Notes under the pieces: generated by a model
Told to the model about the DNA's origin: nothing
Databases searched by the model: none
What the model saw: only the letters and a program-made list of their open reading frames with translations
NCBI GenBank assembly: GCA_963792415.1
Contig: CAWBVY010000004.1
Location: forward strand, 320,001 to 384,000
Reading direction: 5' to 3'
From: Candidatus Deferrimicrobiaceae bacterium
GTDB lineage: Bacteria > Desulfobacterota > Deferrimicrobia > Deferrimicrobiales > Deferrimicrobiaceae
DNA length: 64,000 nt
Made by a program: the position numbers and the translations under genes
Part shown: positions 39,306 through 49,128 of the stretch, one piece after another
Position numbering within the stretch: the first letter of the stretch is position 1
Layout: every line of letters starts with the position of its first letter

Positions 39306-40692
39306 CCGTGCCCCCCTTTCCCCGTGTCGTGCGGCATGGCGATCGACTCGACCGTCACGTCGCCGATCTTCCGGTCGGAGGTGTGGAAGAGGTGCTCCTG
39401 GATGTCGCTGATCGCCATGATCGGGAAGAGCTTGGTGAAGACGGTGTACAGCAGGAGGAACATGGCCAGCGCGCCGGCCATGATCGAGAACTCCACCCAG
39501 GAGGGGAAGTAGTTGTGCCAGATGAACGGGTCGTTGCGCCGCGCCAGCGACGGGACGACGATCAGGAACCGCTCGGCGTACATGCCGATCACGACGAGGA
39601 GGGAGACGAAGCTCAGGGCGGGGACCGAGCGGCGCACCCTGCGCATGCACAGCAGCGGGAAGGAGACGACGAAGTTGCACCCGATCATGACGAGGAACAG
39701 GGGGAGGTAGTCGCCCGCGTAGGAGCGGAAAACCTCCCACTCCTCGGGGTTCCGGTTGTACCAGACGGTGAGGAAGTCCGAGAAGTAGAAGTAGCCCCAC
39801 AGGAGCGACATGGTGCACAGCAGCTTTCCGAGGTTCTCGAACTGCACGACCGTGAGCACCCGCTCCAGGCGGAACACCTTCCGGAGCGCCGCCATGACGA
39901 TCACCACGGCGGCGATCCCGGAGAAGATCGCGCCCGTGACGAAGTAGGGGGCGAAGATCGTGCTGTGCCACCCGGGGACCTTCGCCATCGCGAAGTCCCA
40001 GCCGACGATCGAGTGGACCGAGACGGCCACCGGGATGATGAGGATCGCGAAGATCGTCGAGGCGACGTGGTAGCGCCGCCACTCGTTGTGGGACCCCCGG
40101 AACCCCAGCGCGAGCACGGTGTAGAACTTCTTCCTCCACCCCGTCGCGTGGTCGCGTGCGATCGCCAGGTCGGGGATCATCCCGAAGTAGAGGAAGGTGA
40201 GGCTCCCGAGCAGGTACGTGTTGATCGCCACCGCGTCCCACATGAGGGGGGATCGGAGGTTGGGCCACAACTGCCGCGAGTTGGGGTAGGGGATCATGTA
40301 GTAGAACCGCCAGTTCCGCCCGATGTGGATCAGCGGGAAGAGTCCGCCGACCATCAGCGTGAAGGCGGTCAACGCCTCCGCCCCGCGAAGGATGGGGGCG
40401 CGCCAGGTGGCGTTGGTGAGGCGGAGGATGGCGGAGATGAGGGTGCCCGAGTGGGACAGGCCGATCCAGAAGACGAAGGATCCGATGAAGGAGCCCCACA
40501 TGACGGGGCGGTTGAGCCCGGTGACCCCCATCCCGGTCTTCATCATGTAGACGAAGCAGCCGATCCCCCAGAGGGCGACGATCGCCAGCAGCCCCATCCC
40601 CATCCACCACTTTTTCGTGGCGGGGAGGTTCGACCGGGAGAGCTCCCGATAGAGCGCGCCCGGGTCGGTCCGGGAGAGATGGTCGCTCCCGT

Positions 40693-40696
<4 letters not shown>
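39302..40696 (-). CDS. NrfD/PsrC-family quinol-binding membrane subunit (ActC-like)
   Basis: FVFWIGLSHSGTLISAIL, IHIGR, SPLMWD, VSVHSIVGWDFA and WHSTIFAPYFVTGAIFSG motifs. Confidence 0.92.
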
Positions 40697-41391
<695 letters not shown>

Positions 41392-41446
41392 CGCTTCTAC
41401 CGCCCCCCGTCCGCGAAACGTGGATGTTCCCGGGAACTCCCGGGGG

Positions 41447-43612
41447 TCACATCAAATTGCTGATCTTCCATTGCCCCTCCGGGTGCGCGAACCGGACCAG
41501 CCGGGTGGAAAGTTTCGTCTTCGTCAGGGCGACCCGCGTCGACTGCAGCGCGTACGTCTCCCCTGCCGGAAGGAGGGCGATCGGGTTTTCCCCTCTTCCG
41601 TTCGCGGTTTTCCCGTACCGGGTGTGCCCCTGCCCCAGCGGCATCGCCGCGACGTCCGGGGCGACGCCCGGGTTGAACGTCACGTGGGCCGTGATCTTCC
41701 CGGAAGGCGACGTGACGGTCACGCCGTCCCCCTCGGAGAGGCCCAGCCCCGCTCCCGTCTTCGGGTTCACCTCGACCCAGTTCCGCCACACCGCGGTCGA
41801 GACCGGATCCGGCATCTCCTGGAGCCACGCGAGGTTCGCCCCCCGGCCGTCGTAGAGGGTCACGGAAGGGTAGAGGTGCAGCGCCAGGGGGAACGCCTTC
41901 GGGTCGCCGTCGATGGGGCGCTCCGTCGCTTTCGGGAGGACGACGTTCCCCGTTCGGGCCGCGAACCGCGGAGAGGACGACTCCCCGAAGAAGCCGCCGC
42001 GCCGGAGGGCGGCCTCCATCTCACCGCCGGGGCCGCCGTACGCCTTGTCGAGGCACTCCTTGAACGACCGCCACGGGAGCGCCTTTGCGGGTTCGCCGCC
42101 CAGTTCGCCCGCCGCGGCGATCAGGACGTCGGGCATCGACCGGGTGTCGTGGAACGGGACCACCACCGGCTGGCAGAGGGTGACCGCCCCGGAATGCCCC
42201 ACGGGGGCGAGATCGTCCCCCCAGGTCTCGAGGGCGGTCGGGACCGGCAGCACGAGGTCGGCCTGCGACGTCGTCTCGTCGAGGAAGGAGGCGAAGGCGA
42301 CGACGAAGGGGACCTTCGACAGCGCTTCGCTGAATTTGACCGAAGGCGGGAGGGTGAACGCGGGGTTCGTCGCCCCCGAGAGAATCGCCATCCGGAACGC
42401 CCCGCCGCGCATTTTTTCGATTGCGTCGCGCATCCCCGCGTACCCGCTCTCCGGGGATGGGGCGAGCAGGGCGGCGTCCGCCCCGTACTTCGCGAAGGCG
42501 ACTGCGCGGTTCGGGAACGACACCCCGCCGGGCCTCCCCACGTTCCCCGCGAGGACGTTCAGGAGCGCCACGGCGCCGCAGTGGAACGTCCCGTCGGGGC
42601 CGGTCGCGGCTCCCGTTCCCGGGATCGCGATGCCCGGCTGGTTTCGCGCGAACTCCTCCGCCACCGCGGCGATGTCGTGCGCGTGGACCCCCGTCAGTCT
42701 CTCGACCGCCTCCGGGGAATACGCGGACAGATCGTCCGCAAGCCGCCCCGCGACCGCGGCGGCAAGCCGGTCCCGCACCATCACGTGCGCGATCCCGAGG
42801 GCGACGATCCCCTCCGTGCCCGGGGCGCACGGCAGGAACAGGTCGGCGGCGGCGGCGGTCATAGAGAGCCGGGGTCCGAAGTGGATGAATTTCCCCCGGA
42901 TCGTCTCGCGGTCCCCCCGCATCCGGCCGTACTCCCTTGCGTAGTGCACAGGGGAGATGCCGGTCTCGAGGAAGTCGCCGGAGAAGGAGAGCAGGTACCG
43001 CGCGTTCGCCAGGTCGTGCTCGGGCAGGTCGCGGACGCCGTGGACCGCATCGTTCGCGGACAGCATCGCGTCGGCGCCGAACGGGTCCCAGGCGACGCGA
43101 TGCTTCGATCCGAACGCCTTCATGAACCGGCCCGCAACGAGCCCCGCGTGGCCGCGCATCGGGTCGGTGAGCATCAGGAGCGACCCCGGCGCCTCGGCCT
43201 TCACCTTCTTCAACGGGACCATCAGGAGGGAGAGCGCCTCTTCCCAGGAAATCGGCGCGTAGGTCCCCGAACCGCGCCCCCCGGAAAGCTTCATCGGCCG
43301 CGAAAGCCGTTCCGGGTGATAGAGCGCCTGAAGCGCCGCCTGCCCCCGGGCGCACAGCCGGCCGCGGTTCACCGGGTGGAGCGGGTTCCCCTCGATCTTC
43401 TTCGCACGCCCTTCGGAGACGCGGACGACGATCCCGCACCCGGCGGGGCACTGTCCGCACACCGAGGCGTACCAGAGCGCCTCGCCCAGCGTGACGTTCT
43501 CCGGGGGTATTACGAACGGGATGAGTTTCCGCGGAATCTTTTCGCATCCGCCGAACAGGGTGGCGAAGGCCGTCGCGCCGCCGAGTTTCAGGAATTGCCG
43601 CCGATCGAGCAT
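41447..43612 (-). CDS. Molybdopterin-oxidoreductase-fold subunit, TAT lipoprotein (ActB1/QrcB-like)
   Basis: DRRQFLK TAT motif plus FGGC lipobox; CGQCPAGC..LCARG; WLQEMPDP. Confidence 0.9.
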   Translation of the reverse strand: MLDRRQFLKLGGATAFATLFGGCEKIPRKLIPFVIPPENVTLGEALWYASVCGQCPAGCGIVVRVSEGRAKKIEGNPLHPVNRGRLCARGQAALQALYHPERLSRPMKLSGGRGSGTYAPISWEEALSLLMVPLKKVKAEAPGSLLMLTDPMRGHAGLVAGRFMKAFGSKHRVAWDPFGADAMLSANDAVHGVRDLPEHDLANARYLLSFSGDFLETGISPVHYAREYGRMRGDRETIRGKFIHFGPRLSMTAAAADLFLPCAPGTEGIVALGIAHVMVRDRLAAAVAGRLADDLSAYSPEAVERLTGVHAHDIAAVAEEFARNQPGIAIPGTGAATGPDGTFHCGAVALLNVLAGNVGRPGGVSFPNRAVAFAKYGADAALLAPSPESGYAGMRDAIEKMRGGAFRMAILSGATNPAFTLPPSVKFSEALSKVPFVVAFASFLDETTSQADLVLPVPTALETWGDDLAPVGHSGAVTLCQPVVVPFHDTRSMPDVLIAAAGELGGEPAKALPWRSFKECLDKAYGGPGGEMEAALRRGGFFGESSSPRFAARTGNVVLPKATERPIDGDPKAFPLALHLYPSVTLYDGRGANLAWLQEMPDPVSTAVWRNWVEVNPKTGAGLGLSEGDGVTVTSPSGKITAHVTFNPGVAPDVAAMPLGQGHTRYGKTANGRGENPIALLPAGETYALQSTRVALTKTKLSTRLVRFAHPEGQWKISNLM

Positions 43613-43633
43613 CCGTTTCCTCTCGCGTCCCCG

Positions 43634-44134
43634 TCAGTAGTGGCAGGTCCAGCAGTCGATGGAGACCTTCTTCTTCCGGTGGCACTCCATGCAGAAGCCC
43701 ATGCCGAACTCGAGTTTCTGCTCCGCCGTCCCCGCCTGGTCCATCCCCGGGTGGCAGGTGAGGCAGGCGATCCCCGCGTTCACCATCTTCCGGTGCGGGA
43801 AGTAGACGTGGTTCGGGACGTCGATCACCTTGTTCCACGGGATCGGCTTCTTCCCGTTCCAGTATTCGGCGACCTTCTTCACCTCGGGCTTGTCGGTCGC
43901 GATCGACCGGTGGCACATCATGCACTTCTCGACCGGGGGGAGATTCGCGAACTGGGATTTGTTCGTGGAGGAGTGGCAGAACCGGCAGTTCAGCTTGTAC
44001 TCCGTGACGTGGATCTTGTGGGAAAAGGCGATCGGCTGGGGGACGGTTTCGGCGAGGGCGGATCCCGCGGACAGGAAAAGCGCAAGGGCGAGACCAGCGA
44101 GGGGAATCGCGGCGTTGATGGGCCTGCGGGCCAT
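43634..44134 (-). CDS. Pentaheme cytochrome c (ActA/QrcA-like)
   Basis: QPIAFSHKIH; CRFCH, CMMCH, CLTCH, MGFCMECH, CWTCHY. Confidence 0.92.
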   Translation of the reverse strand: MARRPINAAIPLAGLALALFLSAGSALAETVPQPIAFSHKIHVTEYKLNCRFCHSSTNKSQFANLPPVEKCMMCHRSIATDKPEVKKVAEYWNGKKPIPWNKVIDVPNHVYFPHRKMVNAGIACLTCHPGMDQAGTAEQKLEFGMGFCMECHRKKKVSIDCWTCHY

Positions 44135-44224
44135 CGGTCCTCTTTCCGGCGCTTCGAGTGTGGGGCCGTACGCGTAATGCGGAACAATTTTATCGCAGTT
44201 CCCCCGGCGGGAGGGGGAGAATTA

Positions 44225-44575
44225 TCACAGGCACGCCTTCGTCGCGGGGATGGCGCAAAGGAACGAGAAGGTCTCGCCCCCCGCGTTCGCGAAGGCGTGC
44301 TCCTCGTCCGGCGGGACGAAGACGAAGTTCCCCGGCCCCACTTCCGTCTCGCCGTTCTTCCGCTTCACCTTCCCCTTCCCCGAGAGGACGAACACCTCGT
44401 GCTCCCACGCGTGGGCGTGGAACGGGGTATGACCGCCCGGGGCCACCTCGAAATGCCGAAGGGTGAAGTTCGGGGCGCCCACGTTGTCGCCCATCAGGAC
44501 ACGGATGGTGACGCCTCCCGCCCCCGCGTCGGTGACCGCCTTCCCCTCGACATCCTTCCAGTTCGCTACGTGCAT
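44225..44575 (-). CDS. Cupin-domain protein
   Basis: PGGHTPFHAHAWEHEVFV..FVPPDEEH; GGAGG RBS. Confidence 0.88.
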   Translation of the reverse strand: MHVANWKDVEGKAVTDAGAGGVTIRVLMGDNVGAPNFTLRHFEVAPGGHTPFHAHAWEHEVFVLSGKGKVKRKNGETEVGPGNFVFVPPDEEHAFANAGGETFSFLCAIPATKACL

Positions 44576-44592
44576 GACGGTACCTCCGTTTG

Positions 44593-45478
44593 CTATCGTT
44601 TCACCTCGACCTTCGCCTGCTTTTCATAATACCGGATCAGCCCGCCGTGGTCGAGATCGCCGAGGCCGTCCACCTTGAGCGCCTGCATCATCTCCATCAC
44701 CGATGCCGTCAGCGGAAGCGGCACGCCGATTTCGTGGGAGGTCTCCAGGACGTTCGCCAGGTCCTTGATGTGCAGGTGGATGCGGAACCCGGGGGTGGAA
44801 TTTCCGATCCATCACCAGCGGCGCCTTGGCGTCGAGCACGGTGCTTCCGGCCAGCCCCCCGCGAATGGCCTGGTAGACGAGGTCCGGCGCCACGCCTGCC
44901 TTGCTCGCAAGGACCAGGGCTTCGGACATGGCCGCGATATTGAGCGCGACGATGATCTGGTTCGCCAGCTTGGTGATGTTTCCGGCCCCGAGATCCCCGG
45001 TCAGGACGACGGATCCCGCCATCGCCTTCATCACCGGATAGTACCGGTCGAACACCTCCTTCTTCCCGCCGACCATCACCGAAAGCGTCCCTTCGATCGC
45101 CTTGGGCTCCCCGCCGCTGACCGGGGCGTCCAGCATCTCCACCCCCTTCTCCGCCAGCCGTGCCCCGATCTCGCGGCTCACCAGCGGGGCGATCGAGCTC
45201 ATGTCGATCACCACGGACCCCGGTTTCGCGCCGTGGATCAACCCGTTCGCTCCGAGAACCACCTCTTCGACGTGCGGGGAATTCGGCAGCATGGTGATGA
45301 CGGCATCCGTCGTTTCCGCGACCTCTTTCGGCGTGGCCGCCGTCTTGACGCCTTCGGAAGCCAGGGAATGCATGACGTCCGGATTTCTGTCCATCGCCAC
45401 GAGTTCATAGCCGGCCTTGAGCAGGTTCCTGCTCATCGGCCTCCCCATGATCCCCAGTCCGATAAATCCGATCTTCAT
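44593..45478 (-). CDS. garR: 2-hydroxy-3-oxopropionate (tartronate semialdehyde) reductase, GarR/GlxR; apparent frameshift near 44793
   Basis: IGFIGLGIMG, DAPVSGGEPKA, KLANQ. The C-terminus PGFRIHLHIKDL..DHGGLIRYYEKQAKVEVKR* continues in another frame. Confidence 0.88.
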
Positions 45479-45631
45479 GATCCCGCCTCCTTTCCCCCCG
45501 TTTGTGACAAGATATATCGGATCAAATATACAGGGAACGCCTTTGATTACCCAAACACTTTACGAGTGCCGGGGCATTCGTGAGCCGCCGCACCGGATGG
45601 CGGGGATCGGCGGCTGGACCCGGGCGGGCAG

Positions 45632-46849
45632 ATGGGAACTCCCCTGAAGACGACAGCGGAGGACACGGGATCCGGCGTCGTCTTTCCCCTGGCCATCACG
45701 TTGGCGATCCAGGCGCTGGTTGCGATGGCCTCGGTCACGGTTCCCGTGCTCGCGCCCGCGGCGTCCGCGGAGACGGGGATCGCCCTCGCATACCTCGGCG
45801 TCTTCATGGCGTTCATCTACATAGGAGGCATGGTATCCAGCCTCGCCAGCGGGGATTTCATCCTGCGGTACGGCCCGATCCGGATCAGCCAGTGCTGCCT
45901 GGTCCTCAGCGGGCTCGGGCTGGCCGCCACGTCGGCGGGATCCGTCCCGCTCATGGCCTTCGGCGCCCTGCTGATCGGGGCCGGGTACGGGCCGGTGACG
46001 CCCGCGAGTTCCCATCTCCTGGCCCGGACCGCCCCGCCCGGCCGCATGTCCCTGACGTTCTCCCTGAAGCAGACCGGCGTTCCGCTGGGGGGAGCGATGG
46101 CCGGGGCCGTTGTTCCTCCCCTGGTCCTTTTCTTCGGGTGGAAGGGGGCGGCGATCGCGGTGGGGGCGTTCTGCGTCCTCCTCGCCTTCCTCTCCGAGCT
46201 GCCCAGGGCGGGCCTCGACATCGACCGGGAGAAGGGTCGGCCGATAAGCTTCAAGGGGGTCGCCGGGCCGCTGGAGATGGTGTTTTCCAGCGTGCCGCTC
46301 CGGGAACTGGCCATGACGTCGTTTTTTTTCGCTTCCATGCAGGTTTGCCTGAGCACCTACCTCGTCTCCTTCCTGACGACGAGCCTGGGCGTTCCGCTGG
46401 TCCGCGCGGGGTTGACGCTCACCGTCGCCCTGGGCGCGGGGGTCGCGGGACGCATCGTCTGGGGCGGCATTGCGGACCGGCTGATCCTGCCGCGACGGAT
46501 GCTCGGGACGCTCGGCCTCGCCATGTCTCTTTCGGCGGCGGCGACCTGCTTCATCTCCCTTTCCTGGCCGTACGCCGCCGTCGTCCTCCTCGGGGCCCTG
46601 TTCGGCGCCTCCGCGGTCGGCTGGAACGGCGTGTACCTTGCCGAGGTCGCCCGCAAGGCGCCTCCGGGCATGGCGGGGGTGGCCACGGGGGGGACCCTGT
46701 TCTTCACATTCTTCGGGGGAGTGGTCGCCCCTCCGCTCTTCGGAGGGATCGCGGGCGTCGGGCACCGGTACGCGCTTGCCTACTTCCTGTTCGCCGTTCC
46801 CGTGTTCCTGTTCAGCCTGATGCTCTTCCGTGGACGGGGAAGCCGCTGA
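45632..46849 (+). CDS. MFS transporter
   Basis: About 12 hydrophobic segments; FSLKQTGVPLGG; GRIVWGGIADR. Confidence 0.88.
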   Translation: MGTPLKTTAEDTGSGVVFPLAITLAIQALVAMASVTVPVLAPAASAETGIALAYLGVFMAFIYIGGMVSSLASGDFILRYGPIRISQCCLVLSGLGLAATSAGSVPLMAFGALLIGAGYGPVTPASSHLLARTAPPGRMSLTFSLKQTGVPLGGAMAGAVVPPLVLFFGWKGAAIAVGAFCVLLAFLSELPRAGLDIDREKGRPISFKGVAGPLEMVFSSVPLRELAMTSFFFASMQVCLSTYLVSFLTTSLGVPLVRAGLTLTVALGAGVAGRIVWGGIADRLILPRRMLGTLGLAMSLSAAATCFISLSWPYAAVVLLGALFGASAVGWNGVYLAEVARKAPPGMAGVATGGTLFFTFFGGVVAPPLFGGIAGVGHRYALAYFLFAVPVFLFSLMLFRGRGSR

Positions 46850-47025
46850 GCATGTCCGGCAGGTCGCACGCGTCGGCGATGACGGCGTGCGGCCGGAACG
46901 ACCCCCCGGCTGTCAGCATATCCACCGCGGGATGGGGTTCAACCCGAATTTCATACACACACCGTCGGCATCCCGTTCAGGGTCGCCACGCCGTGCGCCG
47001 GGCTCACGTTTCATGAATTGAAGCA

Positions 47026-47958
47026 CTAGGGCCGCATGGGAACGTCGGTCAGGCCCCCGGGTTTTCCCGGGCGGGCCAAAAGGAAGTTCCGGAAACCTTC
47101 GGCCGCGGAGCTCAGAGGGCTGTTTCGCAGGTACAGCATGTAGATCGAGCGGCGCAGATTCAGATCGGAAATCCGAACGGTGCAGAGATGCCCGAGCATG
47201 ACTTCCAGGGCCACGGCCCGCGTGGAGACGATGGAGAGTCCCAGGTTCGCGGCGACGGCCTTCTTGATGGCCTCCGTGCTCCCCAGTTCCATCACGTGCG
47301 GCAACGATACGCCGGCCCGATGCAACTCCTCTTCGAGGATTTCCCGGGTTCCGGATCCATGCTCCCGCAGGATGAACACCTCTTCGGTCTCGGTGAGCAT
47401 CCGCACCGTTACGGTGTCCCGGGAAGCCAGCCGGTGCCGGGGGGAGACGATCAGCACGAGATCGTCCTCCAGGTACGTGTCGACGGCGAGCTCGGATCCC
47501 GGAACGGGCGGTCCGACGAAGCCGATGTCGGCCGTTCCCGCCCGGACGTTGCGAAGCACCTCTTCCTTGTTCGAGATGTTCAGGCGGATCTCGATCCCCG
47601 GATGCCGGGATTTGAACACGCCCAGCACGTCGGGAATCATGTAGATTCCGACCGTGCTGGCCGCGCTGATCCGCAGGTGGCCCCGGAGCAGTCCTTTCAG
47701 GCCGTCGATCTCCTCCCGTGCATCCGTAAGAAGCTGGAACATGCGGATGGAGTACTGCTGAAGGATCTGGCCTGCCTCGGTGAGTGCGAGGATCCGCCCC
47801 TTGCGCACGAACAGGTGGGTCCCGAGAGCCTCTTCCAGGGCGAGGATCTGTCGCGACACGGCGGGCTGGGTCAGATGCAGGTCGTTCAGGGCCCTCGAGA
47901 TTCCCTGGTGCCGGGCCACCGCCAGAAAGGTGCGGAGGTTCGAAAGGTTCCAGTCCAT
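47026..47958 (-). CDS. LysR family transcriptional regulator (CysL/CmpR-like)
   Basis: LHLTQPAVSRQILALE HTH; REHGSGTRE; MELGSTEAIKKAV. Confidence 0.92.
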   Translation of the reverse strand: MDWNLSNLRTFLAVARHQGISRALNDLHLTQPAVSRQILALEEALGTHLFVRKGRILALTEAGQILQQYSIRMFQLLTDAREEIDGLKGLLRGHLRISAASTVGIYMIPDVLGVFKSRHPGIEIRLNISNKEEVLRNVRAGTADIGFVGPPVPGSELAVDTYLEDDLVLIVSPRHRLASRDTVTVRMLTETEEVFILREHGSGTREILEEELHRAGVSLPHVMELGSTEAIKKAVAANLGLSIVSTRAVALEVMLGHLCTVRISDLNLRRSIYMLYLRNSPLSSAAEGFRNFLLARPGKPGGLTDVPMRP

Positions 47959-48011
47959 CGGGGATCTCCTCGCGTGAATGTATTACTTTTACGCATATGT
48001 TCTATGTAATA

Positions 48012-48028
48012 TATGCATTTCAAGCATA
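48012..48028. promoter_or_regulatory. Putative LysR binding box (T-N11-A inverted repeat)
   Basis: TATGC-ATTTCAA-GCATA in the AT-rich spacer between the divergent lysR and CBS genes; overlaps a second palindrome GCATAT-N12-ATATGC at 47993-48016. Confidence 0.6.
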
Positions 48029-48071
48029 GGCCATTTCCTGATAAAAATCCCGTATCGGATGCGGAGGCCCC

Positions 48072-48611
48072 ATGATCGCCGGCAGGCTCGAAGCGGAAGA
48101 CATCATGACCCCCCAGGTTCACACCGTCGGTCCGAAGGATTCGGTGTGGAAGGTGATCGACCTGATCTGCCGGCACCGGGTCAGCGGGATTCCGGTGCTC
48201 GACGGGAAAGGCCACCTCGTCGGACTCATCTCGGAGCGCGACATTCTGCACGCCATGAACTCCGGCGCGGCCGGTGTCACGGGGTCGCCGTCCGGCAAGG
48301 GCGTCGCGGGGAGGCTCCGGAACATCGATGAACTCCTGGCGCGGGACATCATGGTGGTCAAGGTCATCACCGCCACCCCGGAAACCGAAGCCCTCCGCCT
48401 GGCGTCCATCATGGCTCTCCGGAAAATCCGCCGGATTCCCATCGTCGTCGGGAAGAAACTCGTCGGCATCGTCAGCCACGGAGACGTCTACCGGGCCATC
48501 TTCGGAGTACCCGGGAAGGCGGTACCGTGGCGGACGACTGCACGAGCCGCCGAACCGTCGAAATCGAAACGCCCCAGGCACCTCGAGAAAAGGGGAAAGA
48601 AAGGGACCTGA
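48072..48611 (+). CDS. CBS-pair domain protein
   Basis: DIMT..SGIPVLD..LVGLISERD and DIMV..RRIPIV..LVGIVSHGD. Confidence 0.9.
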   Translation: MIAGRLEAEDIMTPQVHTVGPKDSVWKVIDLICRHRVSGIPVLDGKGHLVGLISERDILHAMNSGAAGVTGSPSGKGVAGRLRNIDELLARDIMVVKVITATPETEALRLASIMALRKIRRIPIVVGKKLVGIVSHGDVYRAIFGVPGKAVPWRTTARAAEPSKSKRPRHLEKRGKKGT

Positions 48612-48695
48612 ACCCCGTTGGTATTTGCGCGGCATTGCGGAAAGGAGATTGAAGTACGTGTTTCTGATTTCCCACAATCCAGTAAGGAGGGACGA

Positions 48696-48938
48696 ATGGA
48701 CGTTCAAAACATCCTTGTTGCCAAGTTGAAAGAGAGCGGCATGAACGGGCTGTTCAATGAGAAGGAAAGATGCGGATGCCACATCGACGACCTGATGCCG
48801 TGCTCTTCGCCCCAGCCCGAATGCAAAGCCGGATTCAGGGTCGCAGGGTGTTCGGACATTTGTGGCCTTGGCTGCGATTTTCACGTTCTCAAAGACAAGC
48901 CGAAGGTGGCTGCTGTCGAAGTTCCTGTAAAGCCTTGA
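48696..48938 (+). CDS. Small Cys-rich hypothetical protein (80 aa)
   Basis: Strong RBS AAGGAGG; seven Cys (CGC, MPC, EC, CSDICGLGC). Confidence 0.7.
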   Translation: MDVQNILVAKLKESGMNGLFNEKERCGCHIDDLMPCSSPQPECKAGFRVAGCSDICGLGCDFHVLKDKPKVAAVEVPVKP

Positions 48939-49128
48939 CGCAGGGGGCGGTGCGCCCGGAACTCGCTGCCGGCAGGGCGGCGGGGACCGGCGCGCACGTC
49001 TTGCGCCATGGGACGCCCCCCCATAAAAAGTGTCCTAATCCCTCGAATCCTGTAAAATAATACGCATTTCCCAAGACGTATCCGACGACCAAGCGAATAG
49101 GCGATTCCCCAAGGAAAGGAGACGGAGC

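Noticed and set aside
41392-41449. Sec read-through of the actB1 TGA, which is followed by a CCCGGGA/TCCCGGG hairpin
   Set aside because: Read-through is out of frame with actB2, the TGA is not at a catalytic position, and the hairpin lacks clear SECIS features.
44178-44197. Rex/CRP-like operator upstream of actA (TGCG-N12-CGCA)
   Set aside because: The arms are only 4 bp and the spacing matches neither consensus.
44785-44800. Programmed frameshift or phase variation in garR
   Set aside because: Only a 5-base G run is present, there is no slippery heptamer, and it fits the window-wide indel error pattern.
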